Counted from the first letter of the stretch, positions 24,242 through 36,288 are shown. The stretch is 43,242 nucleotides of DNA from Octopus bimaculoides (GCF_001194135.2 NC_069007.1:6541773-6585014); one strand, 5' to 3'. Numbers and translations: made by a program. Notes: generated from the sequence alone by a model not told the origin.

Positions 24242-25500
24242 CAGGGGTCACCAAACCACGACCCGCGAGGTCAGTTTATCTGGTCCGGCGCTACACTGTA
24301 CCTTTCGTGTAAATACCTGCATTGAGAGTTCATTTCTGCTGCGATTGTTTTTTTTAACTTGCATTAAAATTCTCTTCAAGAGAATGTTTGCTGAAAATGA
24401 ATCTATCACTCGTCACAAGTTACAAAATAGTGCGGAGCGAGGAAAACCCGTTTCCTGGCGGAAACTTCATCAAAGAGTGTCTGATGGAAACAGCAAATGA
24501 CCTGTGTCCTGAGAAATTCGACTTGTCTAGAAGTATCAGCTTTTCATAGGAGAGAACATAGTGCTACAGATGCACGAGAAAGCTGGGAACTTCTTTTGGT
24601 ATTCTCTGGCACTGGGTGAGTCTACTGATCTCTCGGGTACGTCACAACTTCTTGTGTTCATTCGTGGTATTAATTTGGACTTTCAGACCACTGACGAGTT
24701 GGCACCTGTTTACAGCACACATGGAACAACTGGAAGAACATATTTTCATCGTAGTACAGAAAACTTTGTAAGGCTATATCTTTCAGTGGAATTAGTTTCA
24801 GTTGATAGAGGGGAAAACATGCCTAGAGTGGTGGGGCAGATCAGGACTAAGTTGAAAGATCTTCAACTCCTGGGCGCTCAGTTTATACATTCAACTCCTG
24901 GACGCTCTGTTTATACATCAGCAAGCATTCTGTGGGAAAGACTTAGATATTTTTTGCGGACTGAAACCAGTCGTTTCTGCGGTGAGCTTCATTTGGGATC
25001 ATGCACTTAACCACCGTCAGTTCCAGGTTTTTCTTGAAAAAATTGATTCTGAATTCTGTGACTTGCCGTATCTCACCTGCAGTAAAGTCCTGTTTTGTTT
25101 TTATAAGCACCGAAGAGAAATAGATATTTTTCTCAACGAAAAGGACAAAACGGATCCACTTGTGTCAGATCCTACTTAGCTGTCAAAGTTATCATTTTTG
25201 GTTGACTTCACATCCCACATGAATGAATTGAACTTCAAACTTCAGGGAATGGGTAAGCTTATCGGTGATCTCTACAGAATCATCAAATGATTTCGGAGAA
25301 AGCTATCATTATTTGAAGCACAAATGGAAAGAGGAAACCTCTCATTTTCAGCGTTTCAAAGAGTTTCACACTGGAATTGCAGAAGATGTCAACCTTGTGT
25401 TTCCGAAGAAGATTATTTGTGACTTAAATAAGCATTATTTTGGAGATATTCTCAGATCTCGATAGAACTGTGAGGGACATTCTTCCGTTCCAGAATCCAT
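24242..25500 (+). pseudogene. Decayed hAT (SPIN/Charlie, GTF2IRD2-like) transposon
   Basis: CAGGGG terminus at 24242. Peptides YSLALGESTDLSGTSQLLVFIRG, HALNHRQFQVFLEKIDSEFCDLPY and LSFLVDFTSHMNELNFKLQG are distributed over several frames. Confidence 0.85.
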
Positions 25501-25502
25501 TT

Positions 25503-25550
25503 GACAGGGACCTTCTCTTTGTGGCTGGAGACTTCAACGGTCATGTCGGA
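25503..25550 (+). pseudogene. RTE LINE apurinic-endonuclease fragment
   Basis: DRDLLFVAGDFNGHVG contains the GDFN-x-H motif; it abuts the hAT sequence and a gap. Confidence 0.7.
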
Positions 25551-25650
25551 NNNNNNNNNNNNNNNNNNNNNNNNNNNNNNNNNNNNNNNNNNNNNNNNNN
25601 NNNNNNNNNNNNNNNNNNNNNNNNNNNNNNNNNNNNNNNNNNNNNNNNNN

Positions 25651-25694
<44 letters not shown>

Positions 25695-25886
25695 GGAGTC
25701 GTTCACGTTTATTTCGAGAAACAACGTAAGAATGTGTTTGTACATCGAGTTCTTGTTTATCTGTTCTCATTCTGCGTAGAGAGTGTTCAGATACGCGGTT
25801 GGCAATTGTTCTTGTTGACAATATATACCTACCTACGTACTTATATTCATATACATAAATCCTCACGTACATACGTGCGCAAATGC

Positions 25887-25935
<49 letters not shown>

Positions 25936-25972
25936 TATTCATACACATACATACATACATATTCATACACAT

Positions 25973-26037
<65 letters not shown>

Positions 26038-26186
26038 CGGCGCAGGAGTGGCTGTGTGGTAAGTAGCTTGCTTACCAACCACATGGTTCCGGGTTCAGTC
26101 CCATTGCGTGGCATCTTGGGCAAGTGTCTTCTACTATAGCCTCGGGCCGACCAAAGCCTTGTGAGTGGATTTGGTAGACGGAAACT
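26038..26186 (+). mobile_element. Family B SINE head truncated by a gap
   Basis: GGCGCAGGAGTGGCTGTGTGGTAAGTAGCTTGC...GGTTCCGGGTTCAGTCCC. Confidence 0.85.
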
Positions 26187-26729
26187 NNNNNNNNNNNNNN
26201 NNNNNNNNNNNNNNNNNNNNNNNNNNNNNNNNNNNNNNNNNNNNNNNNNNNNNNNNNNNNNNNNNNNNNNNNNNNNNNNNNNNNNNNNNNNNNNNNNNNN
26301 NNNNNNNNNNNNNNNNNNNNNNNNNNNNNNNNNNNNNNNNNNNNNNNNNNNNNNNNNNNNNNNNNNNNNNNNNNNNNNNNNNNNNNNNNNNNNNNNNNNN
26401 NNNNNNNNNNNNNNNNNNNNNNNNNNNNNNNNNNNNNNNNNNNNNNNNNNNNNNNNNNNNNNNNNNNNNNNNNNNNNNNNNNNNNNNNNNNNNNNNNNNN
26501 NNNNNNNNNNNNNNNNNNNNNNNNNNNNNNNNNNNNNNNNNNNNNNNNNNNNNNNNNNNNNGGGGGGGGGGTGAGTTTGTTTACAAGTAGATTACGGGAT
26601 GGGGGTGAGTGACGACGATGACGACGACGACTAACGTTGCGGGTGGGTGGGTGGTAGGATCAACGTAGAGAAAAGGGGCAGGGGAACCTGCCGAGTCGCA
26701 CTGTGTTCTAGTTAGGGCTTTCACATTGT

Positions 26730-26894
26730 TTTGTTGTAGCAGTTGTAGTAGTGGTAGTAATAGCGGCGGCGGCGGCGGCGGTGGTGGTGGTGGAACTAGC
26801 AGCAGCGGCAGCAGCGGCAGCAGCGGCAACAGCAGTAGCAGTAGTAGTAGTCGTAGTAGTAGTAGTGATGGTGGGGGAGTTTGTAGTTGTGGTG

Positions 26895-26930
<36 letters not shown>

Positions 26931-27085
26931 TTGGTGTTCGTGTTGTTGGTGTTAGTGGTTATAGTGGTGGTGGTTGTGGTAGTGGTGGTGGTGTCGGTGT
27001 TGTTGGTAGTAGTGACGGTGGTGTTAGTTGGTAGTTCTAGTGGAAATTGTAGTAGTAGCAGCAGCAGCAGTAGTAGTAGTAGCAA
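26730..27085. repeat. Compound trinucleotide microsatellite (GTA/GCA/GGT/GGC)
   Basis: Visible directly; the source of spurious poly-S/T/V ORFs. Confidence 0.9.
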
Positions 27086-27429
27086 ATATCTTATTTAACA
27101 GTGCATCTATTAAATGTCGTAATCAAGCCGTGCTTTATTGTTGTTGTTTTTTTTTTGCTGTGGCATTATTTATCTAGGGTTACATTGTTTAATGTCAGAA
27201 TTAAACGTCGAAAAAGTCATCTTAACCCTTCAATAACCCGTAAACAATTATTTCTGCCCCTATACACATCTTAGATATGAAAACTACATACACACACGCA
27301 CACACGCACAAACACTAACACCCCCCCCCCNNNNNNNNNNNNNNNNNNNNNNNNNNNCCCAATACACACATAGATACACTCATAGACACACACACACACA
27401 TTTCTCTCTCTCTCTCACATACACACTCA

Positions 27430-28065
27430 AAATATGAAGCATAATATTCCCCGTTAATTGTGGTGCCTTTTGCCAGAAAATCCATTATGTCTACTCCGCG
27501 CTGCTCCCAAAAGACTGTGAGCATCACCTTGCCTGCTGAGGGTTGGACACGAGCCTTCTTTGGAGGTCGTGAATTAGCATGTTTCCATTGCTTCGACTGG
27601 ACTTGTTTCATCCTGTGTGATAAGTCTGCCGAAAAAGCCCCCCTCATCTTCTTAGCTCATTGCCAAAAGAGCCTGAGAGCAATTGACTCGTTCCTGCTTC
27701 TGAAAAGGTGCGAAGATCAGGGGAATCCATCGCGCAGGGCAAATGGTCGTAAACGATTTTTCCCACGGACCCTACACTTATCTTCACTTCTTGGGCTAGT
27801 TGCCGAATAGTTATGTGGCGATCCGCCAAAATGGCGACTTCCACTTTATGGATGGTGTCGTCATCAATGGCGAAATGTGGCCGTCCAGTAATAGGAGCAG
27901 TTTCCATTGATATCCGACTACATTGGAACTGGTGATGCCAGTGCTTGGCTATGTCGTATGATGGTACATCATTATCATAAGCTTCTTTCATCTCATCGAA
28001 TGTCTCTTTTGGTATACAATCTTTCAAGTATAAGAACCTGATCACTGATTTGCATTCAACTGCCT
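27430..28065 (-). pseudogene. Decayed mariner transposase (irritans-like)
   Basis: SVIRFLYLK...GRP...DRHITIRQLAQEVKISVGSV, then QSKQWKH...PPKKARVQPSAGKVMLTVFWEQRGV..MDFLAKGTTINGEYYA, with frameshifts. Confidence 0.9.
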
Positions 28066-29645
28066 CCGTAATAACACCTTAGTCCACTTCAGCAGCCGTA
28101 AAAGACAAACGAATACTAGAGGAAGGCTGCAATTAACAAAATGACATGTAGAGACATGTAGGATTATACCTGTGCAAGTTCCATTTCCTGCAATAACTGG
28201 AAGTGGGCCAGGGGAAATCATATATATATACATATATATTCTTTTATTCTTTTATTCTCTTGTTTCGGTCATTTGACTGCAGCCATACGTGTGTATGTGT
28301 GTGTGTGTTTGTCCCCACCGCTTGACAACCGATGTTAGTGTGTTTACGTCCCCCAAACTTTATGGTCCGGCAGAAAGAAACCGATAGAATAAGTACTGGG
28401 CTTAAAAAGAAAATGAGTACTGGAGTCGATTCATTTGACTAAAATCCCCACCCCCCAGCATGACCGCAGTCTAATGACTGAAACAAGTAAAAAATAAAAA
28501 GTAAAAAGTGCCGTTAAACTCCGTGTATAATACGCACCTATTTCTGTCATAAAATCAATATTAATATTTGAAGTACGTGTGGAGGCGAGTGGCTTAGTGG
28601 TTAGGGTGTCGATAAAATAAGTATCAGTTGAGCACTGGGTCGATGTAATCGACTTACCCATCTCCCGAAATTGCTGGCTTTGTGCCAAAATTTGAAATCA
28701 ATGTTTGAGGTGTGTATAATGCACAGCATGAAACTTTTCTTGTTATATAGGCGCAGGCGGGGCTGTGTCGTAAAAAAAGTTCGCTTGGCAACCACGTGCT
28801 TTTGGTCTCAGTCCCAATGTGCGGCACCCTGGGCAAGGTGTCTTCTACATTGGTCTGGGGCTGACCAATGCCTTGTGAGTGAATTTGACCGACAGGAGTT
28901 GTGTGAGAGCCCGTCTCACGCGCGCGTGCACACAGAGACACATACATATTGTTTATTTGGGAATATTCAATATCACCATAGGTTTCATGCGTTATAATTC
29001 GCACGACACCTAAGGCAGTGTTGAAAATCCTCAAATAAAATATTTATGCAGCAATTCTGTGATGAATACTCATTCATACTATCCGTCACATATATAAATG
29101 TGTGTGTGTTTGTGTCTGTATGTGTGTGTGTGTGCGTGAAAGAGAGAGAGAAAGAAAAAGAGAGTGAAAGAGAGACAACAAGGAATAAATCCTTGCTAAT
29201 TAAACGCTCAATAAATGATAGGTCGTTACACTTTAACAGATTATAATGGTTATATTGCTGTAAATCTTAACAGTAACAAATTTAGCTAATAAAAGCGTAA
29301 AAGCTTTTATTACGCGCGTGTGTGTATATATGCATGCATGTATGTATGTATGTTTGTATGTTTTTATGTACGCACGTACGTACGTATGCATGTATTTATG
29401 TATATATGTATGTACGTATGTATGTATATACGTACGCACGTATGTACTTATGTATGTCTTTTGTCAGGTCGCTCTTATGTTCTACTGGTAACATGTAACC
29501 CAGTACAACCTATTGCATGGTCGGGTCGTCGGCGACTAAACCGGCCACCCCTACCAAGCTTGCTTGGTGAGGAAGGTGACTATTGGACCCCCTGCTGAAT
29601 AAAAAACAAGACCTGTCAAAGGGCGGAAGAATTCAGAAGAGTCAA

Positions 29646-30278
29646 TGTGGAAAGATTTGTCTTAGTGGCACTCCGTCGCTTACGACGTCGAGGGTTCCAG
29701 TTGATCCGATCAACGGAACAGTCTGCTCGTGAAATTAACGTGCAAGTGGCTGAGAACTCCACAGACACGTGTACCCTTAACGTAGTTCTCGGGGACAAGG
29801 CTGACCCTTTGGATTACAGGCACAACAGAAACAGGAAGTAAGAGTGAGAGAAAGTTATGGTGAAAGAGTACAGCAGGGTTCGCCACCATCTCCTGCCGGA
29901 GCCTCGTGGAGCTTTAGATGTTTTCGCTCAATAAACACTCACAACGCCCGGCCTGGGAATCGAAACCGCGATCCTATGACCGCGAGTCCGCTGCCCTAAC
30001 CACTGGGCCATTGCGCCTCCACTATTTGTCGTAGTAAGGCTGGGCTAAAGAGCCATAGGAAATTGCACAACCGCACATTGATTATAGATGGACCGATGAT
30101 TTGGAATGCATACTCTGTCATAAAGTATGCAAATCAAAAAGTGGCTTGAAAAGGCATAGTAAAGTCCGTCCATGGAGGTGTAAACTGTACAATCACCAAG
30201 TTTTCTTGCGCTAATTGTCCAAAAGCATGCAAGTCTTTGGCAGACCCCAAAAGCCATATTCGTGCAGCTTATCGATGA
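29646..30278 (+). pseudogene. Fossil triple C2H2 zinc-finger array interrupted by a family C SINE
   Basis: Removing the SINE and repairing frameshifts gives CGKICRSKAGLKSHRKLH, CILCHKVCKSKSGLKRHSKVH and CANCPKACKSLADPKSHIRAAY*. Confidence 0.65.
29667..30020 (-). mobile_element. Family C SINE, full length, with a 12-bp target-site duplication (TSD)
   Basis: Intact tRNA-like head; ATTTGTC(T/G)TAGT at 29655-29666 and 30024-30035. Confidence 0.9.
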
Positions 30279-30647
30279 TATTCTTGGGCATAAAGAAATC
30301 AGACAATGGCTCTACTCGAACTCGAGTAGAGTTCGAGTGTATGCGAACCATGTCGAAAATTGAATTTACTCCCTCTACCCTACCACCCCATTGCCAAAAA
30401 CAAAAAACAACAACACCAACACCGCTGCCACCTTCACACCATCACCGTCATATAAATTGTCGTCAAATGATACATCAGAGTTCTCTCCCTTGTACATTTT
30501 GAAATAATTTTTCATTAACGTTAATATTATTCTTCTCGTTACGGTTATATTATATTTTCAAGTTATTAGGAAAAAAAACTGACAAGAAACAAACGAAACG
30601 AAACAAAACATAAATATTTCCTCTCACTATATTCAGTATCGTAACTA

Positions 30648-30880
30648 GGGCGGCGAGCTGGCAGAGTCGTTAGCACGCCGGGCGAAATGCTTAGCGGTAT
30701 TTCGTCTGCTGCTACGTTCTAAGTTCAAATTCCGCCGAGCTCGACTTTGCCTTTCATCCTTTCGGGGTCGATTAAATAAGTACCAGTTACGCACTGGGGT
30801 CGATGGCATCGACTTAATCCCATTGTCTGTCCTTGTTTGTCCCTTCTATGTTTAGCCCCCTGTGGGCAATAAAGAAATAA
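30648..30880 (+). mobile_element. Family D SINE, full length
   Basis: GGGCGGCGAGCTGGCAGA...GTTCAAATTCC...GGGCAATAAAGAAATAA. Confidence 0.85.
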
Positions 30881-31397
30881 AACTAACACTTAGTTATATG
30901 TTTTCGTGCAGAGGACGTTCTCGGGAAATCTTCTTCTATACCTGTCAGTCAACTACGATTCATTCGCAAATTATTCATTGTTTTACAAATAGCATTTGTC
31001 CAGCTGTCTCTAGTTTTTTTTTTAAAAAGCGATTTCGCATCGTTAGTCACATGTCAAGTTATAAACTGAAGATGAGTCAGATTTAAATGTTAATCCAGTC
31101 TAGCACGATGTGACTGTTTAACTTGTGATGGAAAAGAAAGGAGAGAGCAGAACAAACTTTATTCTCCATTTGAATATATTTATAACGTGTGTGTGTGTGT
31201 GTGGGGGGGGNNNNNNNNNNNNNNNNNNNNNNNNNNNNNNNNNNNNNNNNNNNNNNNNNNNNNNNNNNGTCTCGGTGCGTGTGTGCTTAGAAAAGAAAGA
31301 AAAAGTACACAATACTTGGTGTTGTTCTAAGTCTCAGACGCTTGTACGACCGTACGTGCATGAATGAGGAACGGTGGAGTGAATTATCAACTGATTA

Positions 31398-31429
<32 letters not shown>

Positions 31430-31640
31430 TCACACAGACGCGCGCATATATCAACGTACACAAAATACACACAAACACACACATATATACATACATACAC
31501 ACATACATATATGTGTGCGTGTGTGTATGTATGTGTGTGTATGTATGTGTGTGTGGATATAAATATATATGTATGCGCGTATATAAATATATATATACAG
31601 ATACGTATAGGTACATATATATATATATATAATATAAATA

Positions 31641-31674
<34 letters not shown>

Positions 31675-32545
31675 ATATATATGTATGTATATATATATAT
31701 ACATATATATATAATATATATATATATATGTATGTATATATATACATATATATAATATAAATATATATATATATAATATAAATATATATATATATACATA
31801 TATATATATAATATAAATATATATATATATANNNNNNNNNNNNNNNNNNNNNNNNNNNNNNNNNNNNNNNNNNNNNNNNNNNNNNNNNNNNNNNNNNNNN
31901 NNNNNNNNNNNNNNNNNNNNNNNNNNNNNNNNNNNNNNNNNNNNNNNNNNNNNNNNNNNNNNNNNNNNNNNNNNNNNNNNNNNNNNNNNNNNNNNNNNNN
32001 NNNNNNNNNNNNNNNNNNNNNNNNNNNNNNNNNNNNNNNNNNNNNNNNNNNNNNNNNNNNNNNNNNNNNNNNNNNNNNNNNNNNNNNNNNNNNNNNNNNN
32101 NNNNNNNNNNNNNNNNNNNNNNNNNNNNNNNNNNNNNNNNNNNNNNNNNNNNNNNNNNNNNNNNNNNNNNNNNNNNNNNNNNNNNNNNNNNNNNNNNNNN
32201 NNNNNNNNNNNNNNNNNNNNNNNNNNNNNNNNNNNNNNNNNNNNNNNNNNNNNNNNNNNNNNNNNNNNNNNNNNNNNNNNNNNNNNNNNNNNNNNNNNNN
32301 NNNNNNNNNNNNNNNNNNNNNNNNNNNNNNNNNNNNNNNNNNNNNNNNNNNNNNNNNNNNNNNNNNNNNNNNNNNNNNNNNNNNNNNNNNNNNNNNNNNN
32401 NNNNNNNNNNNNNNNNNNNNNNNNNNNNNNNNNNNNNNNNNNNNNNNNNNNNNNNNNNNNNNNNNNNNNNNNNNNNNNNNNNNNNNNNNNNNNNNNNNNN
32501 NNNNNNNNNNNNNNNNNNNNNNNNNNNNNNNNNNNNNNNNNNNNA

Positions 32546-32900
32546 GAACATAAAAAAAAACAAAAACATGGAAAACGAACTTTTGTTTTTGAACAACGAA
32601 AAAAAAACAAATAGAGAAACGAGACAGGCAACATAAAGAACAATCCCTTCATCAGTTGTCCCCTGTTTTATCTACTCCGCATTTTGAATGTAGGGACAAG
32701 ACGCGACTTCGTTAAAACAGTCGTTCCCGCAAAGCAAATTAAATAAAATATGGGATTTGCAGAGGGTTAAAGTGGTGACAAAAACAGAACAGTGAGAACA
32801 AAACAGTGAAAACAAACAGTAAGGGCTGTTGAACCATAACGAGTTGAAGTGGCGAACGCTGGAGAAACGAGCTTTGACGGGAGACAGGCAAAAGTGTGTC
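32546..32900 (-). mobile_element. Dispersed repeat carrying a rearranged hammerhead motif (HHR family 2, copy 1)
   Basis: Homologous to 38030-38300 (shared ...CATCAG...CCCCT...AGGG(A)CA...GACGC...TTCCCGC..A..AAATTAAAT). Confidence 0.7.
32644..32705 (-). ncRNA. Candidate non-circularly permuted hammerhead ribozyme (G12>A)
   Basis: CGCGUC-UUGUCCCU-ACAUUC-AAAAUGCG-13 nt-AGGGGACAA-CUGAUGA-A-GGG. Confidence 0.55.
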
Positions 32901-32919
32901 TTGTCTTTTGTAAAGTAAG

Positions 32920-33121
32920 ATTGTTTCAGTCATTTGAATGCGACCATGCTGGGGCACTGCCTCGAAGGATTTTAGTCGAACAAATCAACCCCAAGACGTT
33001 TTGTAAGCCTAGTACTTCTATTAGACTCTATTGTCGAACCTCTAACTTACGGAGACGTAAACACACCAACACCAGTTGTCAAACGGTGGAGGGGAGAAAC
33101 ACAGCCACAGATAGACAGACA

Positions 33122-33161
<40 letters not shown>

Positions 33162-33203
33162 TACGACGGGCTTCTTCCAGTTTCCGTCTACCAAATCCAC
33201 TCG
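32920..33203 (-). mobile_element. Family B SINE 3' part
   Basis: Homologous to family B. Confidence 0.8.
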
Positions 33204-33204
33204 A

Positions 33205-33460
33205 CCTTTGTGTTGTAGGCAGAGCGGTTGGTGTCTTTCTCAACCGCGTCCCACACATAGAAACCCATGGGATTACAGCTGTGGGGAGAATCACTTCTGA
33301 CGCTTTCCATAGGTATGGCAAGGGGTCGAATCCTGCTGCTACACATGTGGCCATCCAGCAGCAACCTTCGCTATATAGGGTTTGACCACTGTCCCCAGCA
33401 GCTTCAAATATCCATCTGAATTGAGCCACAGGACCTGTTCAAAGATGTGGAGACGAGCTG
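33205..33460 (-). pseudogene. Decayed Tc1/mariner (maT/DD37D-like) transposase fragment
   Basis: HIFEQVLWLNSDGYLKLLGTVVKPYIAKVAAGWPHV*QQDSTPCHT, then in another frame PMGFYVWDAVEKDTNRSAYNTK. Confidence 0.8.
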
Positions 33461-34099
33461 CGGCCGGCGTGTGCAGACAGAATACCTGTCGTGTCTCTTT
33501 CTGCTGGTTACGGCTTCGCAGTCCCCGTTGCAGCTGTTCGGGTCCCGTCTGACAGGTATCGGGTGAAAGTATAACCAATTTATTGCACATAAGTTTTATC
33601 GATTAAATCTTATACGGATCCCCGCCCCTCGAGGGCCATATGGACCCGGGTTGAGAACCACTGACTTAAGCACCTGCCTCGTGTCACCTGAAAAACCGCT
33701 TAATGGCACCTGAACGTCTACATCGTCTCACTTGAAAACGTACCTCCTGTCACCTCCAGACCCATCTTGTGTCGCCTGAAAATGCGCTTCGTGTTGTTTG
33801 AAAAGTTGCTTTTTATCACCCGAGGGGCCGCGGGAGAGGATCAGCAAACTCAAAGGCTGCCCCAGGCGGCACACACTCAAGCTACGCCACTGCCGGTGGG
33901 TTTCGATTTGAAGGAGATGTTGGCTGCTATTTCTAGTTGGTCATGTATCCACATAGGCCGTTCCATTGTTGACTCGTGCTGCTGGAGGTTGTGTAAACAT
34001 TTCAGGACTAAGTTGGATGTTTGTAGATGGCGCTGTGACGTCAAAGGCTATCGTGGCCTTTACTGGTTTGACATGACCAGAGGATGGAGGGGGCGTCTA

Positions 34100-34430
34100 A
34101 ATCCGTTGCGGTGGCGGTGGTGGTGATGTTGGTTTTGGTGTTGGTGGTGATGGTGGTGGTGGTGGGGATGGTGACAGTTGTGGGTGGTAGTGATTGTGGT
34201 GGTGGTGGTGCTGATGATGATGGTGGTGATGATAGTAATGGTGGTGGTGTTCAAGGTGATGATGACGATGATAATGATGATGGTGGTGTTGGTGGTGATG
34301 ATGACGGTGGTGGTGATGACGACGACTACGATAATGATGGTATTTGTTGGTGGTGCTTATTGGTGGTGATAATAATAGTGGTGGTGGGGATGGTGATGAT
34401 AATGATGATGATGCTAGTGGTGGTCTTCGA
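34100..34430. repeat. Compound (GGT/GAT)n microsatellite
   Basis: Visible directly. Confidence 0.9.
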
Positions 34431-34445
34431 TGGTAAATAGCTATG

Positions 34446-34737
34446 TTGTTGTTGGCACTCCGTCGCTTACAACGACGAGGGTTCCAGTTGATCCGATCAA
34501 CGGAACAGCCTGCTCGTGAAATTAACGTGCAAGTGGCTGAGCACTCCACAGACACGTGTACCCTTAACGTAGTTCTCGGGGATATTCACCGTGACACAGT
34601 GTGTGACAAGGCTGACCCTTTGAATTACAGGCACAACAGAAACAGGAAGAAAGAGTGAGAGAAAGCTGTGGTGAAAGAGTACAGCAGGGTTCGCCACCAT
34701 CCCCTGCTGGAGCCTCGTGGAGCTTTTAGGTGTTTTC
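34446..34737 (-). mobile_element. Family C SINE truncated by a gap
   Basis: Homologous to family C. Confidence 0.85.
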
Positions 34738-35235
34738 NNNNNNNNNNNNNNNNNNNNNNNNNNNNNNNNNNNNNNNNNNNNNNNNNNNNNNNNNNNNNNN
34801 NNNNNNNNNNNNNNNNNNNNNNNNNNNNNNNNNNNNNNNNNNNNNNNNNNNNNNNNNNNNNNNNNNNNNNNNNNNNNNNNNNNNNNNNNNNNNNNNNNNN
34901 NNNNNNNNNNNNNNNNNNNNNNNNNNNNNNNNNNNNNNNNNNNNNNNNNNNNNNNNNNNNNNNNNNNNNNNNNNNNNNNNNNNNNNNNNNNNNNNNNNNN
35001 NNNNNNNNNNNNNNNNNNNNNNNNNNNNNNNNNNNNNNNNNNNNNNNNNNNNNNNNNNNNNNNNNNNNNNNNNNNNNNNNNNNNNNNNNNNNNNNNNNNN
35101 NNNNNNNNNNNNNNNNNNNNNNNNNNNNNNNNNNNNNNNNNNNNNNNNNNNNNNNNNNNNNNNNNNNNNNNNNNNNNNNNNNNNNNNNNNNNNNNNNNNN
35201 NNNNNNGTGTGTGTATTAAAAGTTATGTCTGGTCA

Positions 35236-35299
35236 TAAAGTGACCAATGGTTTCTCATCCACAGAGGCCTTAGCCTCGCGGTCGTCTCGTCAGATTCTA
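35236..35299 (-). ncRNA. Degenerate type I hammerhead-like motif (HHR family 3, copy 2)
   Basis: UAGAAU-CUGACGA-hairpin-GAAA-CCAUUG-GUC-ACUUUA; the base of stem II is mismatched. Confidence 0.45.
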
Positions 35300-35332
35300 A
35301 AGCCGAAAATAAATGTGATTCTTTACCTCTGG

Positions 35333-35910
35333 TGCAGGCGTGGGGCGGTTTGGTAAGAAGCTTGCGGCGAAATGCTTAGCGGTATTTCGTCTGCCGTTAC
35401 GTTCTAAGTTCAAATTCCGCCGAGATTGACTTTGCCTTTCATCCTTTCGGGGTCGATAAATTAAGTACCAGTTACACACTGGGGTCGATGTAATCGACTT
35501 AACTCCTTTGTCTGTCCTTGTTTATCCCCTCTATGTTTAGCCCCCTGTGGGTAATAAAGAATTAAGAGGTTTGCTTTCCAGCCACATGGTTCCGGGTTCA
35601 GTCCCATTGCGTAGCACCTTGGGTAAGTAAGTTCTACTATAACCACGGGGTGACTAAAGCCCTGTGACTGGATTTCTTTGACGGAAACTGAAAGAAGCTC
35701 GTCGTATGCATGTATATGCGTGTGTCGCACCACTTCTTGGACAAACGGTGTTAATGTGTTTACCTCTTCGTAACTTAGCAGTTCGGCAAAAAAGTTAGAA
35801 TAATTGGATTAAAACGAGAAGTACTGGGGTAGATCCACTGGACTAAAAAGTTATCAAAGTAGTGCCCCAGCATGGCCTTAGTTTAATGATTGAAACTAGT
35901 GGAAAAAACG
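35333..35910 (+). mobile_element. Family B SINE with a family D SINE nested at ~35366-35560
   Basis: The B head is interrupted after TAAGAAGCTTGC and resumes after TAAGAGGTTTGC. Confidence 0.7.
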
Positions 35911-36189
35911 AAAGATAGAAAGTACGAGAAAAAGATTTTTTTTTAAAATGTATTCAGGGGAAGTAATTCTAAAGAAAATAGCAAGAGTTATCTACCATGA
36001 ATTTCAAATTTTAACGCGGCGAACTATTTGGCACAGGTACTTTTTTTTTCTAAAAGTCTAGTACTTAAAGTATCGCTCTGTTTTATCGAGCTGGTGATTT
36101 TTAAGGATCTCACCAAACCAACGCCGGTTGTCAAACGGTAGTGGTGCTGGTGGTGGTGGGAACAACCACAACCACACGCATACATATAA

Positions 36190-36288
<99 letters not shown>

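Noticed and set aside
25440-25550. hAT-RTE fusion gene
   Set aside because: The hAT part is riddled with stops and frameshifts; nested insertion is the simpler explanation.
29950-30020. tRNA-like sequences (also at 5808, 18190, 26038 and 30648)
   Set aside because: They are SINE heads continuous with family bodies, not tRNA genes.
33605-33663. Complete hAT MITE ending in GTTGAGAACCACTG
   Set aside because: Only one terminus is visible; the apparent left end falls within the maT-like transposase fragment.
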